The position numbers and the translations under genes are program-made. Source: a virus (taxonomy: Duplodnaviria; Caudoviricetes). From it: a stretch of 52,259 bases of DNA. Within the stretch, counting starts at the first letter, position 1, and every line of letters starts with the position of its first letter. The stretch covers positions 1 through 52,259 of IMG/VR virus record IMGVR_UViG_3300030106_001108; one strand, written 5' to 3'. Below the pieces are notes generated by a model, which was not told the DNA's origin, did not search any database, and saw nothing but the letters and a program-made list of their open reading frames with translations. Below are positions 16,372 to 25,130 of this stretch, piece after piece.

Positions 16372-16802
16372 TGGCAATTGATTCAACTTTAACAACTAGT
16401 TTTAAAAAAGAATTATTAGAGGCTAAACATAATTTTTTAGCCTCTGGTGGTAACAGTTTTAAACTAGCTTTATACACCAGCTCAGCATCAATAGGTGCAA
16501 CAACTACAGCATACACTACTTCTAATGAAGCTAGTGGAACCAACTACACAGCAGGAGGTGCAGCACTCACTAATGTCGACCCTACTTCAAGTGGTACAAC
16601 TGGTTTTACAGATTTTAATGATTTAACTTTTAGTAACGCTACAGTCACTGCTAGAGGTTGTATGATATATAACGACACGGCATCTGGTGACCCATCAGTA
16701 GCATGTATCGATTTTGGTGGCGATAAAACATCTACAGCAGGTGATTTTACAATAGTTTTTCCCTCAGCAGCAGCAAGTACAGCGATTATACGTATAGCGT
16801 AA
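16371..16802 (+). CDS. Tail-associated structural protein
   Basis: SFKKELL..H.F....FKLALYT, DFGGDKT. Confidence 0.7.
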   Translation: MAIDSTLTTSFKKELLEAKHNFLASGGNSFKLALYTSSASIGATTTAYTTSNEASGTNYTAGGAALTNVDPTSSGTTGFTDFNDLTFSNATVTARGCMIYNDTASGDPSVACIDFGGDKTSTAGDFTIVFPSAAASTAIIRIA

Positions 16803-16803
16803 A

Positions 16804-17508
16804 ATGGCTGAGATCCTAAACGGTTGGGGTCGAGCAGGTTGGGGCGAACTTGCTTTCGGTCAGGGCACTGTACCAGTCACACTTACAGCACCAGCAGCAG
16901 CAACTGCAGGTGCACCAACAGCTGGAGTAAACGCCCAAGCAATAGCAACAGTTTCAGGAGTCACGGCTAGTGTTGGTTCTGTTGTAGTAGAAATACAAGC
17001 AGATGCTAATGTTACGCCCTCAGGACAAGCAGGAACCTCAGCTTTAGCTAACCCTAGTTTAGTAACTAACAATAATTTATCTGTATCTGGTTTAGTAGGA
17101 ACTTCAGCATTAGGTACAGCAACATTATCTACTAATAATAATCTTTCTGTGTCTGGTTTAGCTGGTACTTCAGCGTTAGGCACTATAACTTTAGTAACTA
17201 ATAATAATATTTCTGTATCTGGTTTAGCTGGTACTTCAGCGTTAGGTACACCTACACTCACTCTTCAAAATAATATTTCGGTTGATGGGTTTGGCGCAGA
17301 GTCAAGTTTAGGTCAAGTAAGTCTCACGGGCACGGCTAATGTATCAGTAACTCTTAATGCAGCAACAGGTGGTGTCGGGGTTATACTTGTATGGTCAATT
17401 ATAGATCCAGCACAGGATCCATCTTGGAGCGATATAAATACTACTAATACTCCTAGTTGGACTGCAGTTACTACTACTAATGATCCTGATTGGGAACAAG
17501 TAGCTTAA
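16804..17508 (+). CDS. Tail-associated protein with internal 22-aa repeats
   Basis: GWG motifs; repeats of TNNN(L/I)SVSGL.GTSALGT at about 17060-17270. Confidence 0.75.
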   Translation: MAEILNGWGRAGWGELAFGQGTVPVTLTAPAAATAGAPTAGVNAQAIATVSGVTASVGSVVVEIQADANVTPSGQAGTSALANPSLVTNNNLSVSGLVGTSALGTATLSTNNNLSVSGLAGTSALGTITLVTNNNISVSGLAGTSALGTPTLTLQNNISVDGFGAESSLGQVSLTGTANVSVTLNAATGGVGVILVWSIIDPAQDPSWSDINTTNTPSWTAVTTTNDPDWEQVA

Positions 17509-17533
17509 CTTTTATGAAAAAACAACTTATAAT
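17505..17533 (+). promoter_or_regulatory. Candidate promoter TTAACT-17-TATAAT for the tail fibre gene
   Basis: Hexamers at 17505-17510 and 17528-17533. Confidence 0.5.
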
Positions 17534-17554
17534 AAATTTGCACGGAGATAAACA

Positions 17555-20500
17555 ATGGCAACTTATGTAAATAATCTCAGGTTAAAAGAAATATCCACAG
17601 GAGATGAGTCGGGTACTTGGGGCACTAGCACTAATACTAACTTAACTTTAGTAGGTGAAGCATTCGGTTACGCAACTAAAGCTGTAGCTAACGCTTCAAC
17701 AGATACACTCACTATACCAGACGGCAGTGAAACCGACAGCGAACCTAGAAGAATGTACCTCAAACTCACAGGTGGAGGTCAAGCTTGTACTGTGACTTTA
17801 GCACCAAACACAGTTTCTAAAGTTTGGTTAATTGAAAACGCAACAAGTTATACACTCACAATGTCACAAGGTAGTGGTGCCAATGTAGCAATATTAGCAG
17901 GTCAGGTAAAAATGATAGCTACAGACGGAGCAGGTTCTGGTGCAGCAGTTTACGACTTACTTCAAGACTTAGCTATACCAGATTTATTTATAGACGATGA
18001 TTTAAAATTACAATCAGATGGAGCTATTATAAGTTTTGGTGCAGACGGAGATATAACACTTACACACACAGCCGATACAGGTTTAACTACTAACGGCACT
18101 TTTCAAGCCACAACCATCACTGCAACTACAGCTTTTGTACCAGATGCTAGTGACGGAGCTGCATTAGGTACAAGTTCGCTTGAGTTTAGCGATTTATTTT
18201 TAGCAGACGGTGCAGTTATAAATTTAGGTGCTGATCAAGACACCACTTTAACTCACGTAGCTGACACAGGTATATTACTTAACAGTACAAGACAATTACA
18301 GTTTGGTGATTCTGGTACATATATACACCAATCAGCAGATGGAGTACTAGACCTAGTTTCAGACACTGAAATAGAAATAAACGCTACTACTATTGATATA
18401 AACGGTAATGCAGACGTATCAGGAACAGTTACCGCTACTGGTACTTCTGTTTTTGCTAGTCTTGACATTTCAGGAGATATAGATGTAGACGGAACTACTA
18501 ACTTAGATGCAGTAGATATTGATGGAGCTGTAGATGTAGCAGGTATTATTACTACAAGCACACCTGGAAGTAACAATGTAAGATTAGGTGATGGTGCTGG
18601 TGCTGCAATAGAAAGTGGCGGAACTAGAAATGTTGCCATAGGCTCTAATGCTGGTGCTGCAATAACTACTGGTGATTATAATGTAGCTATTGGATATAAT
18701 GCTCTTAATGCAGAAGATACAGGAACTAGGTCAACGGCTGTAGGTTATTTTGCTTTAGATACACAAAACAATGATGACGCTAACCATAATACAGCATTAG
18801 GCTTTACTGCGTTAGAAAAAACAACAACTGGTCAATATAATACAGGTTTAGGTTCACAAGCACTTAATGCTAATACAACTGCTAATAACAATACAGCAGT
18901 TGGATATAATTCTTTAGTGTTAAACACTACAGGTAGACAAAATGTAGCAGTAGGTTCTACGAGCCTTGATGCAAACACAACTGGAGAAAACAATACTGCT
19001 GTAGGATACGATGCCCTTTCTGCTAATACAACAGCAGATGAAAATACAGGAGTCGGAGGTTTTGCTCTTAATGCAAATACTACAGGTGATAAAAATACAG
19101 CAGTTGGTTTATATTCTTTACTTAGCAATACTGAAGGCACACACAATGTTGCTATTGGTAGAAGTGCTTTACAGAGCAACACTACAGCAAGTCATAATGT
19201 AGCAGTAGGCTCTACTTGCCTTGATGCTAATACCACAGGTGCTCAAAATGTTGGTATAGGCAGAGATACTTTATCAGCTAATACAACTGGTCAAGATAAC
19301 GTAGGTGTTGGTTATGCATCACTTCAAGCAGCCACTACAGCAAGTAACAATACAGGGCTTGGCTCTAAATCATTAAGGTCAAACACTACGGGGGCTCAAA
19401 ACACAGCAATAGGTGCTGAGTGTGCAGACGCAATTACTACAGGCTCTAACAATACAGCTGTTGGTTATGAAGCTATGGGTAAGCTAACAACTGGTACTGA
19501 TAATGTTGCTATGGGTAGAGCAGCTTTACTAGACACTACATCAGGAGCAGGTAATGTTGCTATAGGTGTTGAATCGTTAGAAAACAATACAGGTAATGAA
19601 AACACAGCAATAGGTAAACATGCTTTAAGAGGTAATACGACTGGTGGTAGTAATGTTGCTATCGGTATTAATGCTCTAAATACTGATGATACAGGAAGTT
19701 ATACTGTAGCTATAGGTAGAAACGCTTTATTAAATCAAAATGCTGGAGATAATTCTGCAAACGTAGCTGTTGGTTATAATACAGGTTCAGCTATTACAAC
19801 AGGAACAAGTAATACTTTAATCGGTTATATTGTTGGTGATGCAATAACAACTGCTGGTGGTAATACAGCAATGGGATATGCAGCATTAACTAACTGTACC
19901 ACAGGCGACTCTCATACTATTATGGGTTTTGAAGCTGGTGAAGATTTAAGTACGGGAGCACACGCTGTTTTCTTAGGTTATAGAGCAGCCATGAACTCAA
20001 CCACAGGTAATTATAATGTTGTTATAGGTAGTAATTCTGCCGCACAAATGACTACAGGTAGTAGTAACACAGTACTAGGTTATGGTGCTGGTACTTCAAT
20101 AGTAGATTCATCTAGTAATATATTAATAGGTTATGATGCTGAAAGTAGTAGTGGTGGTTCTAGTGAATTAGTCATAGGTGTTTCTGTAGTTGGTAAAGGC
20201 GATAACACAGGTTTTATATCTGCGAATGGAAGTATATATCAAGGTAATAATTCATCATCTTGGGCAACAACTTCTGACAGAAGAATTAAAAAGAATATAG
20301 AAGATAATAACATAGGTTTAGAAGCTATAAATAAAATACAAGTTAAAAACTTTGAATATAGAACTAAAGATGAAATAACTGATTTTGATAATGTTGATTC
20401 AGTAACAGTTAATAAAGAAGGAGTGCAAGTAGGAGTTATAGCACAAGAAATAGAAAATGTTTTACCAGATGTAGTCAAAGAAGAATCAACAGGAGTAAAA

Positions 20501-20602
20501 ACTGTTGACCCAGATAATATTACTTGGTATCTTGTAAACGCAGTAAAAGAACTTTCTGCACAAGTAGAAGAATTAAAAGCTAAATTAAACGAAGGAGAAT
20601 GA
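17555..20602 (+). CDS. Tail fibre/spike with ~14-aa beta-roll repeats and a C-terminal intramolecular chaperone (peptidase S74)
   Basis: GTWG..TN.NL N-terminal anchor; many N(T/V)A(V/I)G..AL..NTTG repeats; SDRRIKKNI...GVIAQEIE...coiled coil. Confidence 0.9.
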   Translation: MATYVNNLRLKEISTGDESGTWGTSTNTNLTLVGEAFGYATKAVANASTDTLTIPDGSETDSEPRRMYLKLTGGGQACTVTLAPNTVSKVWLIENATSYTLTMSQGSGANVAILAGQVKMIATDGAGSGAAVYDLLQDLAIPDLFIDDDLKLQSDGAIISFGADGDITLTHTADTGLTTNGTFQATTITATTAFVPDASDGAALGTSSLEFSDLFLADGAVINLGADQDTTLTHVADTGILLNSTRQLQFGDSGTYIHQSADGVLDLVSDTEIEINATTIDINGNADVSGTVTATGTSVFASLDISGDIDVDGTTNLDAVDIDGAVDVAGIITTSTPGSNNVRLGDGAGAAIESGGTRNVAIGSNAGAAITTGDYNVAIGYNALNAEDTGTRSTAVGYFALDTQNNDDANHNTALGFTALEKTTTGQYNTGLGSQALNANTTANNNTAVGYNSLVLNTTGRQNVAVGSTSLDANTTGENNTAVGYDALSANTTADENTGVGGFALNANTTGDKNTAVGLYSLLSNTEGTHNVAIGRSALQSNTTASHNVAVGSTCLDANTTGAQNVGIGRDTLSANTTGQDNVGVGYASLQAATTASNNTGLGSKSLRSNTTGAQNTAIGAECADAITTGSNNTAVGYEAMGKLTTGTDNVAMGRAALLDTTSGAGNVAIGVESLENNTGNENTAIGKHALRGNTTGGSNVAIGINALNTDDTGSYTVAIGRNALLNQNAGDNSANVAVGYNTGSAITTGTSNTLIGYIVGDAITTAGGNTAMGYAALTNCTTGDSHTIMGFEAGEDLSTGAHAVFLGYRAAMNSTTGNYNVVIGSNSAAQMTTGSSNTVLGYGAGTSIVDSSSNILIGYDAESSSGGSSELVIGVSVVGKGDNTGFISANGSIYQGNNSSSWATTSDRRIKKNIEDNNIGLEAINKIQVKNFEYRTKDEITDFDNVDSVTVNKEGVQVGVIAQEIENVLPDVVKEESTGVKTVDPDNITWYLVNAVKELSAQVEELKAKLNEGE

Positions 20603-20603
20603 T

Positions 20604-20882
20604 ATGGCACAAACAGTAACAGAATGTTTAAATGTGGCTACTGACAGCGTAAATCTTATAAATGGTGTAAAAGCTGGAAGTTGGGATGTTGAAGGTATGA
20701 CACAAGCTGAAATAAATTCAATGGTACAAAGAAATGTTGACCATTTAGAAACTATTTTAGAATATGCACCTGTTGATAGTGATGATGAAACGCCTAATGT
20801 AAAAGGCTCATCTAGTAGTAAAAAAACTGATTGTACTAACGCTATCACTGTAGGTAAAGCGTACATAACTTCAAATAGTTAA
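20604..20882 (+). CDS. Hypothetical protein (fibre-associated)
   Basis: GGAG RBS; directly after the fibre gene. Confidence 0.7.
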   Translation: MAQTVTECLNVATDSVNLINGVKAGSWDVEGMTQAEINSMVQRNVDHLETILEYAPVDSDDETPNVKGSSSSKKTDCTNAITVGKAYITSNS

Positions 20883-20911
20883 CAAGACTAAACACTTGAG
20901 GAGGTGTAATT

Positions 20912-21157
20912 ATGTCAAATGTGGATAATGGTATCGTTATAGATGGTACTGAAATTAAAGAGTCAGATATGACTCAAAAACAAATTTATTTAACAAATCA
21001 ATGTAAAGATTTATTAAATAAAAAAGGTAGGCTTGAATTTGAATTAGATCAAGTACAAGCTAGTTTAAACGTGTTTCAGCAAGCTTTGGTACAGGAAACT
21101 AAAAAAGAAGCAGATGAAATACTTGACTCAGAGAAATCTGAAGGAGAGAAAAAATGA
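20912..21157 (+). CDS. Small coiled-coil protein
   Basis: GAGGAGGT RBS. Confidence 0.75.
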   Translation: MSNVDNGIVIDGTEIKESDMTQKQIYLTNQCKDLLNKKGRLEFELDQVQASLNVFQQALVQETKKEADEILDSEKSEGEKK

Positions 21158-21282
21158 TGTGGGCTAATATTATAGTTTGGATTACAGCAATTATATCTAT
21201 AGCTTCAGTTATAGCAGCAATAACTCCAACCCCTAAAGATGACCATTGGTTTAGCTATTTAAAAGCTAAGGACAAAGGATGA
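21154..21282 (+). CDS. 42-aa single-TM protein with a TPTPKDD motif (holin-like; not in the ORF track)
   Basis: Hand translation; ATGA coupling on both sides. Confidence 0.7.
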   Translation: MMWANIIVWITAIISIASVIAAITPTPKDDHWFSYLKAKDKG

Positions 21283-21440
21283 GTTGGTTAGAAAAAATGT
21301 GGAGCAAAGTTACTGGTACTGAAAAAGTAAAAGTAAGAGCTAGAAACAAAAAAGGACACTACGTAGCTGATGATAAATCTACACCTGATGTGGATGAAGC
21401 TTGGACTACTAAAAGAGTGAAAAAATCTGAAAAATCCTAA
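21279..21440 (+). CDS. 53-aa protein with RARNKKGHYVADDKSTPDVDEAW (not in the ORF track)
   Basis: Hand translation; coupled to both neighbours. Confidence 0.75.
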   Translation: MSWLEKMWSKVTGTEKVKVRARNKKGHYVADDKSTPDVDEAWTTKRVKKSEKS

Positions 21441-21820
21441 TGGCTAAATCACCTGATGCGTTTGTTTATAACGCTACATTAGAACGTATAGTAGATGGCG
21501 ATACTTTTGATTGTTGTCTAGATTTAGGTTTTGATGTAAAGCTACACAAACAACGCGTCAGACTTGCAGGTATAGATACACCTGAAAGTAGAACTAGAGA
21601 TTTAGCAGAAAAGAAACTAGGTCTAGCAGCAAAAGCACGATTAAAAGAATTGTGTATAGGCACTTTAAAAGTTAAGTCTTTAGGTAAAGGAAAGTATGGT
21701 CGTATATTAGGCATACCTTATACAGAAGATGGCAGAGATATATGTCAAGTGTTAATAAAAGAGGGTCATGCCGTAGCATACGACGGAGGCAAAAAGAAAA
21801 AAGTTTGGGGTGATTACTAA
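21440..21820 (+). CDS. Thermonuclease (staphylococcal nuclease-like)
   Basis: VDGDT, RVRLAGIDTPE, KYGRILG, EGHA. Confidence 0.92.
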   Translation: MAKSPDAFVYNATLERIVDGDTFDCCLDLGFDVKLHKQRVRLAGIDTPESRTRDLAEKKLGLAAKARLKELCIGTLKVKSLGKGKYGRILGIPYTEDGRDICQVLIKEGHAVAYDGGKKKKVWGDY

Positions 21821-22170
21821 TGGAATCAGTCGTCACTTTAATTCAAGAAGTAGGGTTTCCTATCGCTGCAGCTCTTGGGCTTGGGTGGTTTATTTATAAA
21901 CTTATCATGCGTATAGTTGACGGCATGGAAACTAAACTAGACACCGTTGATGAAAAAGTAGAAGGACAGATAGCAGCAATAGAAGAAAGGTTAGGAACTA
22001 AATTAGATACACAACACGGTATATTAGTAGCCCTAATAGATAGAGTACGTAGTTTAGATAATGAAATTATAAGGCAAGATACGTTAGTAAAAACTATACT
22101 AGGTGTACCACAACTTATAGACAGTAATAAAATAGCTAAAGCGAGTAGAGATGACCAAAGAAAAGACTGA
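21820..22170 (+). CDS. Membrane-anchored coiled-coil protein (YvrJ/holin-like)
   Basis: VGFPIAA TM helix followed by a coiled coil. Confidence 0.65.
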   Translation: MESVVTLIQEVGFPIAAALGLGWFIYKLIMRIVDGMETKLDTVDEKVEGQIAAIEERLGTKLDTQHGILVALIDRVRSLDNEIIRQDTLVKTILGVPQLIDSNKIAKASRDDQRKD

Positions 22171-22636
22171 TAATACTTGGATTTATAGGGTAGCAGGATT
22201 GCTATGTATTTTCTTTTTTCTTGTAGTTTTAACAAAACCTTTATTGGCAGACACTATAACTTTTAAATTTAAAAATCCTAGTTTTAGTGGCATAGGCACG
22301 TCAAGTCACTACCTGACTATAGAAAACCAAGAGTTTAACCGTAAAGAAGCATTGAAAGCAGAAATCAAAGCTTTACAAGAACAAATAGAAAGAGATAAAG
22401 AAAATACCACTCTAGCTCGTTTTATCAGGAACCTCGAGAGTCGTATTTATGCACAACTTTCTAGACAATTAGTAGAAAATTTATTTGGGGAAACTCCCAG
22501 TACAGAGGGTACTTTAACCCTTGAAGGCAACACTATTAAATACAGCGTTGTTGATGGAATAATTACTTTAACTATAACAGATGCAGATGGGAATGTTACG
22601 ACTATATCTTTACCCGTTGGTAATTTTACTTTCTAG
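22151..22636 (+). CDS. csgF: Curli assembly protein CsgF-like
   Basis: Signal peptide, then F.FKNPSFSG...SHYL.IEN; LESRIYAQLSRQL; adjacent to csgG. Confidence 0.8.
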   Translation: MTKEKTDNTWIYRVAGLLCIFFFLVVLTKPLLADTITFKFKNPSFSGIGTSSHYLTIENQEFNRKEALKAEIKALQEQIERDKENTTLARFIRNLESRIYAQLSRQLVENLFGETPSTEGTLTLEGNTIKYSVVDGIITLTITDADGNVTTISLPVGNFTF

Positions 22637-23450
22637 TTGTAGCCTTACACCTGTAGATAAAAGTCTTACAACTACTGAAACTTTACCAAACGTTTTACAA
22701 GCACAGTCTGAGGAGCTGTTTAATGTAGCTCAACCTAAAGTACCCATAGTAGTAGCAGTTTACCCTAATAGTTTCACTGATCAAACAGGTCAACGTAAAA
22801 GTAATAGTGAGTTTGCTCTATTCAGTACAGCTTTAACACAAGCACCCAATCATTTACTAATACGTTCACTTAAAAACGCTTCTAACGGTAAGTTTTTTAG
22901 AGTAGCAGAAAGGGTAGGTTTAGATAATTTAACTAAAGAAAGACAACTTATACGTTCAGCAAGAGAGCAAAATGAAGATAAAGATGGGGCTAAACCACTT
23001 ATGCCTTTATTATTTGCTGGTGTTTTAGTTGAAGGTGCAGTTATAGGTTATGACACTAATATAAAAAGTGGTGGCATTGGAGCTAGATATTTAGGTATAG
23101 GTTCTAGTAAACAGTATAGAATAGATAATATTACTATCTCCCTACGTATGGTGAGTGTAGCTACAGGTGAAGTTTTAATTGATGTATTAATAACTAAAGA
23201 AATATACAGTTATGGTCAATCACAAGACGTATTTAAGTTTATTGAAGCAGGTACAGAGCTAGTAGAAATAGAGATGGGTGACTCACAAAACGAAGTCACA
23301 ACACTAGCACTTTTAAGGGCTATAGAGTCAGGAGTTTTAGAAATCATAAAAATAGGTTATAGTAAAGGTTTCTGGGAGGAAAAATATGAAACAATTGATA
23401 TTGATAAGCCTGATTGTGGCGACGAGTGTAACGAAGCTATACGGGGCTGA
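22593..23450 (+). CDS. csgG: Curli secretion channel lipoprotein CsgG
   Basis: Lipobox LSSC; VAVY...F.DQTGQRK, ER.GL.NL.KERQ.IR, EGAVIGYDTN, GG.GARYLGIG; the start could be 22581. Confidence 0.92.
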   Translation: MLRLYLYPLVILLSSCSLTPVDKSLTTTETLPNVLQAQSEELFNVAQPKVPIVVAVYPNSFTDQTGQRKSNSEFALFSTALTQAPNHLLIRSLKNASNGKFFRVAERVGLDNLTKERQLIRSAREQNEDKDGAKPLMPLLFAGVLVEGAVIGYDTNIKSGGIGARYLGIGSSKQYRIDNITISLRMVSVATGEVLIDVLITKEIYSYGQSQDVFKFIEAGTELVEIEMGDSQNEVTTLALLRAIESGVLEIIKIGYSKGFWEEKYETIDIDKPDCGDECNEAIRG

Positions 23451-24102
23451 TAATGAAATATATGTTGACCAGAGTGGTGCAACAGCTAATATAGATTTAG
23501 AACAACTTGGTTCTGGAAATATAATAGGTGGTTTAAATTCTGCAGCAGGTAGTTTAACTGCTTTAGATTTAGATGGGCTTAGTTTAACGTTAGATATAAA
23601 TCAATTAGGTGACACTAATAAATTTTTAGGCGATATATTAGGTGATAGTATCACAGGTTTTTTTGAGTTTGACGGTGATAGTAATACTTTTACTATACAA
23701 GGTGACCCAACAAATACTTATGGTATAGACAGTTCTAATTACAACGTAAGCGTAACAGGTACTACTAATACTTTTACTTTAGATCACGGCACAAGTGCTC
23801 TTGCTGCTACGTTAGATTTAGATTGGATTATACAAGGCGATGGCAACACTTTTGATTTTGACATAAATTATGATGGTGGTACTTCTTATGTTGATGTTGA
23901 TGGAGATAGTAATACTCTGAACTTTACAGGTTCTGGTTATGCTGGTGGATATTTTTATTTAGACCAGACAGGTAATTCTAGAACATTTAATATACAACAA
24001 TTAAGTACACAAGATAATGACTGGCTTAAGATTATTTCTAACGGTAATAACGGTACTGTTTGCGTCATTCAAAACGACCAAGGTACAAGCACAAGCTGTT
24101 GA
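23386..24102 (+). CDS. Secreted curlin-like beta-solenoid protein
   Basis: Signal peptide; repeated (I/L).Q.G..N and DGDSNT units; Asp/Asn/Gly/Thr-rich; terminal Cys pair. Confidence 0.7.
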   Translation: MKQLILISLIVATSVTKLYGADNEIYVDQSGATANIDLEQLGSGNIIGGLNSAAGSLTALDLDGLSLTLDINQLGDTNKFLGDILGDSITGFFEFDGDSNTFTIQGDPTNTYGIDSSNYNVSVTGTTNTFTLDHGTSALAATLDLDWIIQGDGNTFDFDINYDGGTSYVDVDGDSNTLNFTGSGYAGGYFYLDQTGNSRTFNIQQLSTQDNDWLKIISNGNNGTVCVIQNDQGTSTSC

Positions 24103-25129
24103 TATAGGTGATATTTCTGAATTAAGGGGTAACGCCCAAATACTAAGGGATAAACCTTATCAAGCTGATTTAGAATTTGCTATACAAAGCAATGATGAAG
24201 CTATAACTACTAACGGTAGAATGGCCATAACTTTTCTTGACGAGTCGGTAGTCAAACTTACTGAACACTCACAACTACTCATTGATGAGTATATTTACGA
24301 CCCTGACCCTAGTAAATCAAAAATGTCACTTAATTTTGCTTTAGGTACAGCTAGATTTATAACAGGTAATTTAAACCGTATAGATAAACAGAATATAAAA
24401 CTTAGTACACCTACAGCGAATATCGCCATACGTGGTACAGATTTCACGGCTACCGTAGATGAGTTAGGTAGAAGTTTAATTATACTATTACCAGACGCTC
24501 TAGGACTCTCCAGCGGTGAAATAGAAGTAGTTACGGCTATGGGTACGGTTATATTAAATAAGCCCTATGAAGCTACTACAGTTAATGTGTTTGAATCAGC
24601 ACCTAGTAAACCTGTTGTATTAGATTTAAGTTTAGATATTATTGATAATATGTTAATAGTTACCCCGCCTAAAGAGGAACAAGTTTTAACAGAAGAGTCT
24701 AACGTAGTAAAAACTAATAATTTTTTAGACTTTAATGATTTAGATATTGATTATTTAGCAGAAGATTTTTTAGATGATAACAGTTTAGAATTTACAGAAC
24801 TAGATATAAATTATTTAGATGTAAATTTTTTAGAAGATTTACTAGACATACTTGACGTACTTGCTATTAAAGAAGAGGAGGATCAATTAGCGTTGGCTAC
24901 AGGTATCAACATAAGCGGAACTTTGATAGGTCAAGATGCTAATACACAAATTACAACAATTATTACAGGTCAAACTATAAGTTTACGCAGAAAAGTAAGC
25001 GAAAACGCTAGGGTTGACTTAAACGTAGAGGGCAGTTATACAGTAATCTTTATTCAAGATGGGGTTTCAAATACAGTAAAAATAAACGGTGGCGGTGATT
25101 CTGTTATAACTATAAAACAGAGCAGTTAA
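24017..25129 (+). CDS. FecR-domain periplasmic protein
   Basis: Signal peptide; ITFLDESVVKLTEHS, GTARFITG, TPTANIAIRGTDF; acidic linker. Confidence 0.85.
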   Translation: MTGLRLFLTVITVLFASFKTTKVQAQAVDIGDISELRGNAQILRDKPYQADLEFAIQSNDEAITTNGRMAITFLDESVVKLTEHSQLLIDEYIYDPDPSKSKMSLNFALGTARFITGNLNRIDKQNIKLSTPTANIAIRGTDFTATVDELGRSLIILLPDALGLSSGEIEVVTAMGTVILNKPYEATTVNVFESAPSKPVVLDLSLDIIDNMLIVTPPKEEQVLTEESNVVKTNNFLDFNDLDIDYLAEDFLDDNSLEFTELDINYLDVNFLEDLLDILDVLAIKEEEDQLALATGINISGTLIGQDANTQITTIITGQTISLRRKVSENARVDLNVEGSYTVIFIQDGVSNTVKINGGGDSVITIKQSS

Positions 25130-25130
25130 A

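Noticed and set aside
17060-20200. Diversity-generating retroelement acting on tail genes
   Set aside because: No reverse transcriptase and no template/variable repeat pair differing only at adenines; the repeats are ordinary protein repeats.
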